Below, piece after piece: positions 36,145-46,656 of a DNA stretch of 58,998 nucleotides. Location of the stretch: positions 1 to 58,998 of IMG/VR virus record IMGVR_UViG_3300012206_000008; one strand, 5' to 3'. The notes under the pieces are model-generated. The model was not told the origin of the DNA. It saw only the letters and a program-made list of their open reading frames with translations, and made no database searches. Made by a program: the position numbers and the translations under genes. Source of the stretch: a virus. Lineage: Duplodnaviria; Caudoviricetes. Within the stretch, counting starts at the first letter, position 1; each line of letters begins with the position of its first letter.

Positions 36145-36543
36145 ATGGCAAAGCAAGTAACACAAGTAGTCATTCTCGAAAGAGATTTCATTGTTCGTAC
36201 CGGCAAGAGCCTGTATCGTACCCTCTCAAGCGATGGGGTCACGAAGTACTACACCATCCTTGACCCAAAGGGGGGGCAGGACTTCTGTGAGTGCAAAGGG
36301 AACGCTGAGTATCATGTGTGGTGTCGGCACCTTAAGGCATGTGCCGCCTTTGAGATGCGCCTCTCCCTTGCCGACGGTGCATTCACCCCAGCTCATGCCG
36401 AGATGGTGAAAGAGGCGCATCGCCTGTATGATGGACGCAACGAGATGGACGCGGCGTATACCGAGCGGTTCAAGCGCCAGGTTAAGAGCGGTGCCGAGGA
36501 AGCTGCTGACAGTGATTTCAGATGGTCATTTGAATCATGGTGA
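36145..36543 (+). CDS. SWIM zinc-finger protein
   Basis: CECKG...WCRHL (CxC-n-CxH). Confidence 0.7.
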   Translation: MAKQVTQVVILERDFIVRTGKSLYRTLSSDGVTKYYTILDPKGGQDFCECKGNAEYHVWCRHLKACAAFEMRLSLADGAFTPAHAEMVKEAHRLYDGRNEMDAAYTERFKRQVKSGAEEAADSDFRWSFESW

Positions 36544-36749
36544 AAGACTTTGTGGGTAATTTGTGGGAGATGGACAACCTTCTCCCGCATTGGGAGGATG
36601 ACAATCATATCGATTGTGCCTACTGTTACCGGACCGAGCATGGTGAGTTTCCGCCTGTGATGCCAGCGAATGTGTGTAGTGTGCATCTGGCATGGTTGGA
36701 AGCCAGATATCGTGAATTGTTGATAGAGCGGAAACGCGAAGAAAGATAG
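36537..36749 (+). CDS. Hypothetical protein
   Basis: CAYC...CSVH. Confidence 0.5.
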   Translation: MVKDFVGNLWEMDNLLPHWEDDNHIDCAYCYRTEHGEFPPVMPANVCSVHLAWLEARYRELLIERKREER

Positions 36750-36760
36750 GAGAAACATTT

Positions 36761-37318
36761 ATGGCAATAACACAGCAAGTCACCTCTGAATTGTCCATTA
36801 AGCGGGTGGCTGCTTACTTCAAGCAGTCACACAAAGACACCGCGATTAGCGTCCAGCGTGTTGAGGATGAGTTTCTCATCTCAGATCGCTTCATTGCGGT
36901 CAAGGTGCCTGCCCATCCTGACCTGTTTCCCTATGTCCACTTTGAGGCCAGTTGGGAACGTGCTAGTTTTGCCGCAAAAGAGATGGTGAGTACTGAGGGT
37001 GGCCCTGATATTGCTCGCCTTTGGGATATACATTGTGAGGATGACATCAAGCAAACCCTCACCATGACGCACTACCTCTTTGAGATAGCCGGTGTACGTA
37101 ACAAGTCAGGGAAGTTGCATCGCAAGCTGACTCTCTCTGAGCTGAATGTTCAGACACGGGAGACCCTGATTGACAAGAAGTTCTGTGATTTGCTCAGTCC
37201 TGATATTGATGAGTGCGAGGGCTTTCTCTTTGAGCAAGGAGAAAAGGATACGCCGGTTCTGGTATCGGCGCGAAATGGGAGAGTTGCCCTGTTCATGCCG
37301 ATGGCGAATAAACGATAG
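36761..37318 (+). CDS. Hypothetical protein
   Basis: AGGAG RBS. Confidence 0.6.
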   Translation: MAITQQVTSELSIKRVAAYFKQSHKDTAISVQRVEDEFLISDRFIAVKVPAHPDLFPYVHFEASWERASFAAKEMVSTEGGPDIARLWDIHCEDDIKQTLTMTHYLFEIAGVRNKSGKLHRKLTLSELNVQTRETLIDKKFCDLLSPDIDECEGFLFEQGEKDTPVLVSARNGRVALFMPMANKR

Positions 37319-37357
37319 TCGTTTTGTAGTTGGGGCTTCGGCCCCAGGAGGTTTAGT

Positions 37358-37942
37358 ATGGCATTCAATCCTGTTGAACATTTATCCAAGTTGCAAAATA
37401 AAGAGTATCTTGAAATTAAATGGCGAATTGCCTGGTTTCGAGATAAATATCCGCAGGGAAGTATCGAAACGACCTTGTTGCATATTGACCTGGAAAAACA
37501 GATAGCCGTCTTCAAGGCCACTGTCAAAGATACTGAGGGCGGTATTGGTGAGGGTCATGGTTCTGAGACGGTCAAAGACTTTCGTGATTTTATTGAGAAA
37601 GCTGAAACCAAGGCCATTGGTCGCGCCTTAGCAGTTTTAGGGTATGGAACTCAATTTGCACCTGAGATTGAAGAGGGTGAACGGATTGCCGATAGTCCTG
37701 TCGAGCGAAAGGGATTGAAACACCTCATAGCACCCTCTGAAGTCGATGCTATCCGCACTGCCTGGGCTTCTGCCTACAACATCGCCTCTGAGCAAGTCAT
37801 GGCACGCTGGGCCAAGTACAAGCCCTATGCGCTGGGCTCACAGATAGCCGATAGCGACCTAACGACGGCGCATCTGGCAAAGATGAGTGCTGATATTGAC
37901 AAACAAAAAGCCACGAGCAGCAATGGAGCAAGCGGCAAGTAG
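37358..37942 (+). CDS. Rad52/Sak-like single-strand annealing protein
   Basis: YLEIKWRIAWFR...AVFKATV...GHGSE...EKAETKAIGRALA; AGGAGG RBS. Confidence 0.75.
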   Translation: MAFNPVEHLSKLQNKEYLEIKWRIAWFRDKYPQGSIETTLLHIDLEKQIAVFKATVKDTEGGIGEGHGSETVKDFRDFIEKAETKAIGRALAVLGYGTQFAPEIEEGERIADSPVERKGLKHLIAPSEVDAIRTAWASAYNIASEQVMARWAKYKPYALGSQIADSDLTTAHLAKMSADIDKQKATSSNGASGK

Positions 37943-37994
37943 TCGAGAGGGTGTCATCCGCGAGGGTGGCACCTTTCCAAGAAAGGATACCCCT

Positions 37995-38213
37995 ATGTGG
38001 GGATGGCAATCATTAGACCGTCAAACGTTGGCATGGTATGAACCATACGAAAATGGCCTAGGCACGAAGGGCTGGGTTTCTGATGCCATTGCACCAGGCT
38101 TGTTCTTTGGAGTAGCAAAGCTCCACAAAACAGAAGAAGAAGCGGCGCAACGAGTTCAGGCTTTCTATCAATCGTACCTCAAATTGCAAGCAAGAAAGGA
38201 TAACCTCCAATGA
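37995..38213 (+). CDS. Hypothetical protein
   Basis: GAAAGGA RBS. Confidence 0.5.
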   Translation: MWGWQSLDRQTLAWYEPYENGLGTKGWVSDAIAPGLFFGVAKLHKTEEEAAQRVQAFYQSYLKLQARKDNLQ

Positions 38214-38527
38214 CCCTCCAACAACGAGTACAGGCAGGAATCGCCCTGCTTGACGCACACAAGCCCGATTGGCGTGAGCATGTGTGGATTGATGGGCTGG
38301 ATATGGGCAGCAACACCGATGGGCTTCTAGAGCAAGTGTATGGCAATTGGACAAATGGCATAAGGATACTTGGCTTGAGGACGGCGCAAGGCTATGAATA
38401 TGGCTTCGATATTGCCTCTGCCGAAGGTACGTCGGAAGTCAACAAGAGGGAGTGGCACAAGTTGACCGAGGCTTGGAAACAAGCTATCAATTTTGTGCCA
38501 TTCCATGAAAAAGTGAGTGAGGAATGA
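38210..38527 (+). CDS. Hypothetical protein
   Basis: ATGA coupling. Confidence 0.55.
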   Translation: MTLQQRVQAGIALLDAHKPDWREHVWIDGLDMGSNTDGLLEQVYGNWTNGIRILGLRTAQGYEYGFDIASAEGTSEVNKREWHKLTEAWKQAINFVPFHEKVSEE

Positions 38528-38808
38528 GCAATCTTCTCGATTGGTTCGGAAACGAAATACCAGAGCCAATAAAACCAGATTCGACGAGTCCGAACCCATG
38601 CGTGAATCTGTACGGCCCTGGCCCTGATGAAGCACAATGCAAGGATTGCACGCAGATAGCGGGCATTTGCAAAGCAAAAACCTATTACAAATGCCGCTTG
38701 CGTGAGAACACTCATGGCAAAGCGACCGACCACAAACTTCGTTGGTCAGCGTGCGCTAAATTCGTCAAGCGTGAAGGAAACATTCCGCTTTATGACGGAA
38801 GAGGCTAA
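38524..38808 (+). CDS. Cys-rich hypothetical protein
   Basis: CKDC...YYKC...WSAC. Confidence 0.55.
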   Translation: MSNLLDWFGNEIPEPIKPDSTSPNPCVNLYGPGPDEAQCKDCTQIAGICKAKTYYKCRLRENTHGKATDHKLRWSACAKFVKREGNIPLYDGRG

Positions 38809-38897
38809 TGTTTCTGGCAGTCTTGCCGATTCATACAGTATGCCCACTGAAAGGCATACACAACCAAAGTCAACTGTAGAAAGGTTCTTAATCAATC

Positions 38898-39392
38898 ATG
38901 AAAAACCCACGTAATCGCATCCTAACCGCCGTCCTGGCAGGAGCATTCCTCGCCCTGGTCATCGTCGCTCTCGTCTCGTTTGTGCCCGTCAGTGCTCATA
39001 TGATAGGTGGTACACCCAAGCCTGTACAGAATTGCCACTACCTTATCGGTGGGGCCTCACATCAACCGTGTGTCCACCAGCCCACGCTTCACCCTCTCAG
39101 CTTCACCGGTCTGGATTGCTTCAATGGCACCTGCCGTGCTTACCTGTCAAATAGCATCCTGATACCTGCTGGCAATTGGACGCTTTCTCTTGAGTGTGTT
39201 TACCCCGCAGCAGGATACCCCGACCAATACGATGTTTCGTACATCTGGAAACACAACGTCCAGTTGCCGCTTGAGATGCATGCTGCCCTCGTGTGCGATG
39301 GGAAGTATCACAGTGAGCCGTTCCACTTCAAGTTCTCACATCCGGTACAACTGATGACTAGCCGTCCGGTGTATGCCTTAGTCACGTTCTAG
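38898..39392 (+). CDS. Secreted hypothetical protein
   Basis: Signal peptide; paired Cys; GAAA-loop hairpin downstream. Confidence 0.6.
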   Translation: MKNPRNRILTAVLAGAFLALVIVALVSFVPVSAHMIGGTPKPVQNCHYLIGGASHQPCVHQPTLHPLSFTGLDCFNGTCRAYLSNSILIPAGNWTLSLECVYPAAGYPDQYDVSYIWKHNVQLPLEMHAALVCDGKYHSEPFHFKFSHPVQLMTSRPVYALVTF

Positions 39393-39444
39393 GTAAAAGT
39401 GAGGGATAGGTGAAAGCCTATCCCTCAGAAAGAAAAGAGAAACC

Positions 39445-39648
39445 ATGAAAAAACTGACGTTTTCCCCCAGAGAGACCTCTGGCAAAATCACCCAGAGAAC
39501 GGTCATAGAGAGCAAACTGTACGATTTTATCGCTGGTGATTTTGACACGGCTACATTCCACTATGGCAGTGGTGAACAGGTCGCGTTGGTCTGTGTCGAT
39601 GGTGTGGTGAAACGGCTTGATTGCCAGAAGGAAGGAAAGTCATCATGA
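39445..39648 (+). CDS. Hypothetical protein
   Basis: Operon context. Confidence 0.5.
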   Translation: MKKLTFSPRETSGKITQRTVIESKLYDFIAGDFDTATFHYGSGEQVALVCVDGVVKRLDCQKEGKSS

Positions 39649-39857
39649 AAGTCCGATTTGAACTCAAATGGAATGACATGTGGATAGGTGCGTATTGGAC
39701 AGCGCAATGGAGTCACGAGGTGGAAGCTCATGTCTGGCATGTTTGGATATGTTTCCTCCCTTGCTTGCCTCTCCATATCCAGGTGCTTCCCGTTGCTCAG
39801 CATACAATCAAATCATGGTTGAGTCCGTCTCAGAAAGGGAAATCATCATCATGCTAA
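39645..39857 (+). CDS. Trp-rich hypothetical protein
   Basis: DMWIGAYW...ICFLPCLP; ATGA coupling. Confidence 0.55.
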   Translation: MKVRFELKWNDMWIGAYWTAQWSHEVEAHVWHVWICFLPCLPLHIQVLPVAQHTIKSWLSPSQKGKSSSC

Positions 39858-40213
39858 AAATCTGTAGTGAATGTTTTAGTCTGCACGAGACGGGCCAGCC
39901 CTGTCCGCCACTCGTGCAGTGTGAGATATGCGCCACGATGTACCGCGAGGGCAAGGGGTGCCTGGTCTGCGTGCTCATGAATAATCACCAGCCGTCGGCT
40001 AGCCTCATCTTCAAGAAATTGCAAGAGAGGGCCATGAAGCAACGCGAGGAAGCATTGGAGGATGAAGTAGACGACCTGATAGCACAAGTGGAGTGTGTAC
40101 GTGTGCCTGAACCGGAGCCGGAGTCACACGAAGAACGGCATGATTGCGGATGTGAAGCGTGCAAGCGTGCGAGGTTTGATGCGTGGCAAATGCAGAGATG
40201 GGAAGGAAGGTGA
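39851..40213 (+). CDS. Cys-rich hypothetical protein
   Basis: Multiple CxxC. Confidence 0.5.
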   Translation: MLKICSECFSLHETGQPCPPLVQCEICATMYREGKGCLVCVLMNNHQPSASLIFKKLQERAMKQREEALEDEVDDLIAQVECVRVPEPEPESHEERHDCGCEACKRARFDAWQMQRWEGR

Positions 40214-40216
40214 AGC

Positions 40217-40423
40217 ATGAGCAATCTCTCTGCCCTTGCAAGTCACATCCGCCATGTTGCTGAACGGCTCGCCGGTGAAGTGACCGCGTACCAGGTGGTC
40301 GGCACACCTCTCAATCGTGACAATGCACGCGCGTGCATCGCACGGCTACGCAGTCTCGCCGATGAGGTTGAACAGGGTATCAATGAGCGTGAGCAAGCCA
40401 TGGGAAGGCAAGGTGAAGCATGA
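40217..40423 (+). CDS. Hypothetical protein
   Basis: AAGGTGA RBS. Confidence 0.5.
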   Translation: MSNLSALASHIRHVAERLAGEVTAYQVVGTPLNRDNARACIARLRSLADEVEQGINEREQAMGRQGEA

Positions 40424-40608
40424 AAAAAGACACTCTTGAGACTCTCATCTCCAATCTAGACGGTATCATAGCTACGCTTGAACAGGCTGTGGTTCTCGGT
40501 GGTCGCTCCAAGAAAGAACGAGAAGCCACCGAACTCTTGATACTGGCTCGGTTGAAATTGGTAGAAGAGCTTGAAACGAAAGGCAGATGGCATGACCATC
40601 TACGTTGA
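40420..40608 (+). CDS. Hypothetical protein
   Basis: ATGA coupling. Confidence 0.45.
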   Translation: MKKDTLETLISNLDGIIATLEQAVVLGGRSKKEREATELLILARLKLVEELETKGRWHDHLR

Positions 40609-40888
40609 TACCCTCTTCACCATGCCACCTCGAACTGCACAGGCGCGCAAGTTTGGAAATCAGTGGTCACATATGACCTGTGACGGCAATATTGAGGAAT
40701 TACATCGCATGGCAGAAAAAATTGGCTTAAAGCGTTCCTACTTTCAAGACCACGCTCAGTGGTACCTGAAACACTATGACCTCACTCCAAGCAAACGAGC
40801 ATTAGCCGTAGCACATGGGGCTATTGAGGTTGATATGGTGACACATATCCGCGAGATGAGTCGTCGCGAGAAGGCAGGTGAGCCATGA
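40592..40888 (+). CDS. DUF4031 protein
   Basis: MTIYVD...WSHM...EELHRMAEKIGLKRSYFQ...HYDL...RALAVAHGA. Confidence 0.85.
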   Translation: MTIYVDTLFTMPPRTAQARKFGNQWSHMTCDGNIEELHRMAEKIGLKRSYFQDHAQWYLKHYDLTPSKRALAVAHGAIEVDMVTHIREMSRREKAGEP

Positions 40889-41517
40889 CGCAAATAGACA
40901 CCACCATGTTGAGTACGTCGCAACTCAAAGAGCGAGGGTGGACACCTGCTCTTATCACTACATTTCTCGGTCATCCTGATGTTCTCAAGCCGAATCCGTA
41001 CTATCGCTCATCGCCTCCCTGGCGTCTCTATGATGTGAGCCGTGTGGAACAAGCCGAACAAACCGAGGAATGGCAACAAGCGCAAGCATCTGCGACTATC
41101 CGCTCAATTCGTGGCAAGATGGTCGCGGCACGTCAAGCCACCAAGTTGAGAGCACAAGCTGAGTTGTTGCCTATTGCAGTGATACGAGTGCCTCTCACCA
41201 CAGTGGTACGGCGGGCTATTGCGTCCTACAATGCTTTCCATGCAGAGATGCTCTGGGAGCGCGGCCATGACTATGAGCCTGCGAGCGAGCAGAGTGATAC
41301 GGCATTCTTAGAGCGGATTAGCGTGAATTTCATCAGGCATGAACTCACCGAGTACGATACGCATCTAGAAGAGTTAGCAGGTCGCGTAGGCGTGAGTATA
41401 GCCCAAATCGTGATACGACGGCGTGTCTATGATGAGATAGCACGTATCTATCCCGAATATGCCGATGAATGCCAACGGCAGATACAGTATCGTTCTTTGG
41501 AAGCAGGTGCCGCGTGA
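40885..41517 (+). CDS. Hypothetical protein
   Basis: LKERGWT...NPYY...RLY; VNFIRHELTEYD; ATGA coupling. Confidence 0.65.
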   Translation: MTQIDTTMLSTSQLKERGWTPALITTFLGHPDVLKPNPYYRSSPPWRLYDVSRVEQAEQTEEWQQAQASATIRSIRGKMVAARQATKLRAQAELLPIAVIRVPLTTVVRRAIASYNAFHAEMLWERGHDYEPASEQSDTAFLERISVNFIRHELTEYDTHLEELAGRVGVSIAQIVIRRRVYDEIARIYPEYADECQRQIQYRSLEAGAA

Positions 41518-41732
41518 TACAATTTCAGTCTGCACCGAAACCCACCCCTCGCTTCATCTACGATGCTTTGTACAGTCTGAATACAAGGCTCATTCTCTCG
41601 GCCTATGAAGACGATACGACACGAGCGGCTCTCATGAGCAAAGCAGAGCAGGAATGTGATGCGAAGTTGGCTGAGTGGGGCCTGTGCTGCGAATTGAGCA
41701 GGGATGGGTATGTGGTCAAAATGAAGCTTTGA
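41514..41732 (+). CDS. Hypothetical protein
   Basis: GTGA coupling. Confidence 0.45.
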   Translation: MIQFQSAPKPTPRFIYDALYSLNTRLILSAYEDDTTRAALMSKAEQECDAKLAEWGLCCELSRDGYVVKMKL

Positions 41733-41816
41733 TGGCTATGCTATACTGTGAGTATCGGTATCGCTATTACCTTGATAACATGCTACCTATTTTGTCTCTC
41801 TGCGAGATAGGTAGGA

Positions 41817-41858
41817 CAAAAAACGCCAGGAGTTCTCTTTCACTCCTGGCGTTTTTTG
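41817..41858. terminator. Bidirectional terminator
   Basis: CAAAAAACGCCAGGAG/CTCCTGGCGTTTTTTG perfect inverted repeat between convergent genes. Confidence 0.8.
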
Positions 41859-41930
41859 TGGGCTTCTCTGTTACACAAGACTAGGCTGTCTTCTTCTTTT
41901 TGTGCGAATGTCAAAGCTCTACATGAGCCA

Positions 41931-42479
41931 CTAGCTTTGATGTTTCTTGAGATACTTTATCAGGAGTTTCACCCTTTGAGAGTCTTTCTCAATGTTTCCC
42001 AACACTTGATTGCACGTGGTACAGAGCAATTGACGCACCTTACCTGTCTCATGGTCATGGTCAACAGATAGGGACTTTGGTTGCTGAGTATAGTGGTCAA
42101 TCACGGTTTCTTCCTGCTTACACACAGCACACACATAGCCTTGCTGAAAGAGCATGATGTTGTAGTCTTCCAGAGTGAGACCATAATTGTTGCGTAGGTT
42201 CCTCTCACGTATCTTCTCTGCATCATAAGTGGACTTCAAGCGCTTCTTGTGACACGCTTTACATCTCGCTCTGTTCGCCTTATATTCCTGAACAGAGACG
42301 CACGCTAAGCATCCTAAACAGCGTCTTTGTCCATTGAGGACAGGTGGGAGAGAGTGTTCACATTGCATGCAGATAGGGGAGATGCATACGCCATTGCCGC
42401 CAAAGTGAGCTAACAATTTCTCTTCATTGCACAGTTTACACGTCTTGAATCGGTAAGGCTTGAGGGAGGCAATCATCAT
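41931..42479 (-). CDS. Endonuclease VII-domain protein
   Basis: YGLTLEDY...CAVC...VDHDHETGKVRQLLCTTCN. Confidence 0.85.
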   Translation of the reverse strand: MMIASLKPYRFKTCKLCNEEKLLAHFGGNGVCISPICMQCEHSLPPVLNGQRRCLGCLACVSVQEYKANRARCKACHKKRLKSTYDAEKIRERNLRNNYGLTLEDYNIMLFQQGYVCAVCKQEETVIDHYTQQPKSLSVDHDHETGKVRQLLCTTCNQVLGNIEKDSQRVKLLIKYLKKHQS

Positions 42480-42739
42480 GAGGCATTCCTCACCATCTCA
42501 TAGCACACTCTCCCCCCCTTATCCCTCCTGTCTTTCGCTCGTATCGCCCCTGACCTGCGCATCAAGCCTAAGTGATAGCTTGCCATCCGTCCCGAAATGC
42601 CACAGTGTTCTATGATATCTCCCGTGCTGATGGTACCCGATGCGCGCACCATGCACCATATCTGTATTCTCGTGGGGTCTGATAATACCGCATGCCACTT
42701 GGCTTCCTGGCATGCCTCTGCATATGTGGGAATGTTCAT
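42476..42739 (-). CDS. ArsR-like winged-helix regulator
   Basis: LSDPTRIQI...ASYHLGLMRRSGAI; GAGGAGG RBS. Confidence 0.75.
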   Translation of the reverse strand: MNIPTYAEACQEAKWHAVLSDPTRIQIWCMVRASGTISTGDIIEHCGISGRMASYHLGLMRRSGAIRAKDRRDKGGRVCYEMVRNAS

Positions 42740-42995
42740 CACGTCGTCCCTCCTCCTCACTTGCCACCTCATGAACATCTTTGTGTGTATTATACACCAA
42801 TATGTGTGTGTGTGCCAACATTCTGCTTGCATGCTCGCGCCGTTTGGCTCTACACTGAGAAGAGATGGGCTGTCTCACGTGCAATGTGGAGGATGGTGGT
42901 TGGTGTGTATCGGTTGAGATGGCTCATCGCCCAAACCGTCACGCAACTTCTTCATCAACTTAAAGAAAGCAACTTCGCGCATCAGGACAAGAGAA

Positions 42996-43436
42996 ATGGC
43001 AAGAGGAACAAAACCATCCGATATTAACGCTGCTGTCCGGTCTAAGCAAGCTTTGGAATTGCGCAAGCAGGGAGCTACGTTAGAAGAGATTGCGCACTCC
43101 TGCGGATATCAAGATAAATCAGGGGCATGGCGTGCCATTAAGCGGGAGCTTGACCGCCTTCCTGCTCCCGCTGTGGATGAATGGCGAAAAGTCCAGTTGT
43201 CGCGTCTTGAGCAGATGCATTCTGAGTGTTGGCTTCTGGCTATGGACCGCAAAAACAAGGGAAGACTTTTCGCCATGGATAGATTGCTGATGGTCAATCA
43301 AGCTATCAACAAGCTCCTTGGATTGGATATTGCTAAAGATGGCAATATTGCCCTGGCACAAACCATTATTCGAGAAGTCCCGCCTGGTTACTTGTCACCA
43401 CCGCCAGAACTCACCACGGAGGCACAGCCAAGTTGA
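42996..43436 (+). CDS. Terminase small subunit
   Basis: ALELRKQGATLEEIA HTH; KLLGLD; directly upstream of TerL. Confidence 0.75.
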   Translation: MARGTKPSDINAAVRSKQALELRKQGATLEEIAHSCGYQDKSGAWRAIKRELDRLPAPAVDEWRKVQLSRLEQMHSECWLLAMDRKNKGRLFAMDRLLMVNQAINKLLGLDIAKDGNIALAQTIIREVPPGYLSPPPELTTEAQPS

Positions 43437-44785
43437 TGACGACCACTCTTCATGGACGGCAAGAGGTCGTTATTCAGGCCCCTGAGCTCAGAGGCGCAGC
43501 ATTAGAACTTGGCAGATGTCGAGATTTAGAGTGCTTGCTTGATGGGCCAGCAGGGACCGGAAAAAGTTATGGGGCCTTATTTAAGGTGAACATGATGTTA
43601 ACCTTGTATCCTGGCTCTAAATGGCTACTTGCTCGTAAAACCAATACCGCGCTTGCTGGCTCTGCCGTGGCAACCTATCGTGAATTGCTTCATCCATCTG
43701 AAAATGTCCGGTTCTTTGGTGGGAATAAAATCAAACCGGCAGCATTTGAGTACCCCAATGGGAGCCAACTTATCGTCAATGGGCTTGACAAGCCTGACAA
43801 GGTGAAAAGTTGGGAGTTTGACGGTGCGATGATTAATGAATGTAGCGAGTGTTCGCTTGAAGATATTGAATTTGTTCGCTCTCGACTTCGCCACGGCAAA
43901 GGCCCCTATCATCAGTTAATCATGGACACCAATCCTGATGCTCCCACTCATTGGTTAAATGTTCGCTGCAATGAGGGTATCACCACCAGATTGCTCAGTC
44001 GTCACGAAGACAATCCTCGCCTCTACGATACGAAAACCAATGACTGGACGCAAGAGGGACGGCGGTATATCTTTGAGGTGTTAGGTGGGCTGACAGGTGT
44101 CAGGCTTGCACGATTGCGCTATGGTGTGTGGGCCGCTAGCGAGGGCAGTGTGTACCAAGACTCCTGGGATAGGAATAGAAATGTGATAGACCGCTTTCCT
44201 CTTCCTGCTACCTGGGAAAGGTACTTATGCATCGATTTCGGGTTCGTGAATCCCTTTGTCTGTGGCTGGTGGGCAAGAGACCCCGATGGGCGGCTTATCT
44301 GCTATCGTGAGATATACCTGACCCAAAAATTAGTTGAAGACCATGCCAAAGATATCAAGCGGCTTTCCCGTTGGGGTCAAGACGGAGGCGACCCTCTCCC
44401 ACGAGAGATTATCTGCGACCATGACGCAGAAGGCCGCCAGACGCTCGAAAGACACTTAGGGTTAATCACGCGCCCAGCCTATAAAGCGGTATCTGAAGGT
44501 ATCCAGGCTGTAGCGGCAGTCTTGAAACCTGCTGGTGATGGACGACCACGCCTTATGTATTTCAGAGATGCGCTTGTTGAACGTGATAGGGACTTGGCGG
44601 CTAGGAAGAAGCCCACTTGCACGGTTGAGGAATATGATACGTATATTTGGAGGCAAGGCCCGAATGTAACCGTCAAAGATGAGCCGAACAAGGAAGATGA
44701 CCATGGAATGGATATGTCAAGATATATCGTAGCACGCTTTTCTTTGCGCCCAACCGACGTTCGGTATTCATCGCGGATATACTGA
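43436..44785 (+). CDS. terL: Terminase large subunit
   Basis: Walker A GPAGTGKS; DTNP; IDFGF; DDHGMDMSRY nuclease motif. Confidence 0.92.
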   Translation: MTTTLHGRQEVVIQAPELRGAALELGRCRDLECLLDGPAGTGKSYGALFKVNMMLTLYPGSKWLLARKTNTALAGSAVATYRELLHPSENVRFFGGNKIKPAAFEYPNGSQLIVNGLDKPDKVKSWEFDGAMINECSECSLEDIEFVRSRLRHGKGPYHQLIMDTNPDAPTHWLNVRCNEGITTRLLSRHEDNPRLYDTKTNDWTQEGRRYIFEVLGGLTGVRLARLRYGVWAASEGSVYQDSWDRNRNVIDRFPLPATWERYLCIDFGFVNPFVCGWWARDPDGRLICYREIYLTQKLVEDHAKDIKRLSRWGQDGGDPLPREIICDHDAEGRQTLERHLGLITRPAYKAVSEGIQAVAAVLKPAGDGRPRLMYFRDALVERDRDLAARKKPTCTVEEYDTYIWRQGPNVTVKDEPNKEDDHGMDMSRYIVARFSLRPTDVRYSSRIY

Positions 44786-44851
44786 GAGTGTATCGGCATT
44801 GCACTGGCGCGCACGAGCGAGGATAACGAGGCAAGGGAGGAAGGAGGAGCA

Positions 44852-45181
44852 ATGAGGGTAATCAAGTTTCATGCTGTCCACAAAGCCACCGGTCAACGCT
44901 ACATTGTCGTGAGTATGGACTTCACGAAGACAGGTATCTATGCGCTCTTCTTACTCGATATGCACGAATGTGTGAAGCTGACCACAACCCGGGTTGATGA
45001 ATACAGTGTTCTGCAATTCACGGGCTTACATGATAAATCAGGACAAGAGATATATGGAGGGGACAAAGTGCAAGGGAGAGATGGAGTGGGCATCGTGCGA
45101 TGGATCGGTGATGGATGGCGAGTTGACTTGGGCGAGGGTTGGATGAGATTGTCTGAGGATATCTGGGAGGTGGTGAGATGA
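44852..45181 (+). CDS. YopX-like protein
   Basis: LQFTGLHDKSGQEIYGGD. Confidence 0.7.
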   Translation: MRVIKFHAVHKATGQRYIVVSMDFTKTGIYALFLLDMHECVKLTTTRVDEYSVLQFTGLHDKSGQEIYGGDKVQGRDGVGIVRWIGDGWRVDLGEGWMRLSEDIWEVVR

Positions 45182-46656
45182 CGCAAACCATGCAACCGCC
45201 AACAACACAGGCTTTACCTGTCTATGAGATTACTGAGCAGGATAAGAAACGATTGCAAGCTATCGCGAGTGCCTGGCAGGCGTACGACGGTCTCTTAGAC
45301 CCACCACTGCAAAAAATGCCGGATGGCACCGACCCCAACGTCATGTCAAATAGAATGGGCCCCATTGTCGATAGAGGCATAGACTTCTTATTCGGCAAAG
45401 AATTAGAGATATCCGTTGAAGAAGACGCACCCAAAGAAGCACAAGACTTCTTGAATGAGATATGGGGGCGTAAAGAAGCCCGTATTCCACTCTTGCAAGA
45501 TTTAGCCATGAATGGAGCCATGGCTGGGCGTGCCTTCCTGCGCATTGTGCCTACACCTGATGGCTCGTTTCGCCTGGTGGTGGTTGACCCTGCTACCGTG
45601 TTTGCGGCTACCGCACCACAAGACTGCGAGACCGTGCAGTTGTATTGCATTGAATACGCAACCACTGAGAAACGCAACGGCAAACCGGTTCAGGTGTACT
45701 ACCGTGAAGAGATGAGCCGTATTGACCTAGATGAAGGTGCTGAGCCTGCGATGCAGGACACCGATGCCACATGGCAAATCCAGCACTGGACGCGTGAAGG
45801 TGAGCGGGGGCAGTGGCAAGCAGCAGGGGAGCCTATTGAGTGGCCTTATCCGTTTGCTCCCTTGTTCTCCTGTAAAAACTTGCCCAGACCTAACGACTTT
45901 TGGGGCAAGCCAGATATCACCCCTGACTTGATAGGCGTGAATAAGTCACTCAACCTCACGCAGTCCTGTATCAACCTGGTGAATATTCTGTATGGCCATC
46001 CTATCCTGTATGCGACAGGAACGGGAGAGCAGGTCATTGACATTAAACCTGGGAAGATTATCGGGTTGCCACTCGGAGAGAGTAAGATTGTAGCGGTTCC
46101 CATTGCCTCTGACATGGCGAATGCACTGGCCTTTACGGCAAACTTGCGCTCAGATATTGATGAGCAGTCCGCGACTCCTGGTGTCGCGACAGGGCGCATT
46201 AGTGACTTGCCGAGGGGCAACATGTCAGGCATTGCTATTGAGTTATTGTTTATGCCATTGCTCCTCAAAAGTGAAAAGAAAAGATGTTTGTACGGCAATC
46301 TTTTGATAGAAGTTAGTAAAGCTTTGTTAGTTCTCAACAAGATGAGTGAAGATATCGACATCACACTTGCTTGGCAGAACCCACTTCCACACGATGATTT
46401 GCAAAGTGCTCAGTACGCTGTAGCTCTTAAGGGGCTTTCTGTCTCGGATACGACGCTTTTGAGGAACTTAGGTTTTGACCCTGAAGAGGAGGCTGCTCTC
46501 AGTGCCGAAGAGGATGCGAAAAAGATGACTTTATATAGCCAAGGGAGAGGTTTTCCACCATCTCCCCCGACTAATCAGGCCCCTCCTGAGCAGCCACAAG
46601 CACAAGCACCACAATCACCCTTCATTGGTCGGGATAATCAGGGAGGACAGCCATGA
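45178..46656 (+). CDS. Portal protein (SPP1 gp6-like)
   Basis: IVDRGIDFLFGK; SGIAIEL; W-NPLP; position after terminase. Confidence 0.85.
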   Translation: MTQTMQPPTTQALPVYEITEQDKKRLQAIASAWQAYDGLLDPPLQKMPDGTDPNVMSNRMGPIVDRGIDFLFGKELEISVEEDAPKEAQDFLNEIWGRKEARIPLLQDLAMNGAMAGRAFLRIVPTPDGSFRLVVVDPATVFAATAPQDCETVQLYCIEYATTEKRNGKPVQVYYREEMSRIDLDEGAEPAMQDTDATWQIQHWTREGERGQWQAAGEPIEWPYPFAPLFSCKNLPRPNDFWGKPDITPDLIGVNKSLNLTQSCINLVNILYGHPILYATGTGEQVIDIKPGKIIGLPLGESKIVAVPIASDMANALAFTANLRSDIDEQSATPGVATGRISDLPRGNMSGIAIELLFMPLLLKSEKKRCLYGNLLIEVSKALLVLNKMSEDIDITLAWQNPLPHDDLQSAQYAVALKGLSVSDTTLLRNLGFDPEEEAALSAEEDAKKMTLYSQGRGFPPSPPTNQAPPEQPQAQAPQSPFIGRDNQGGQP

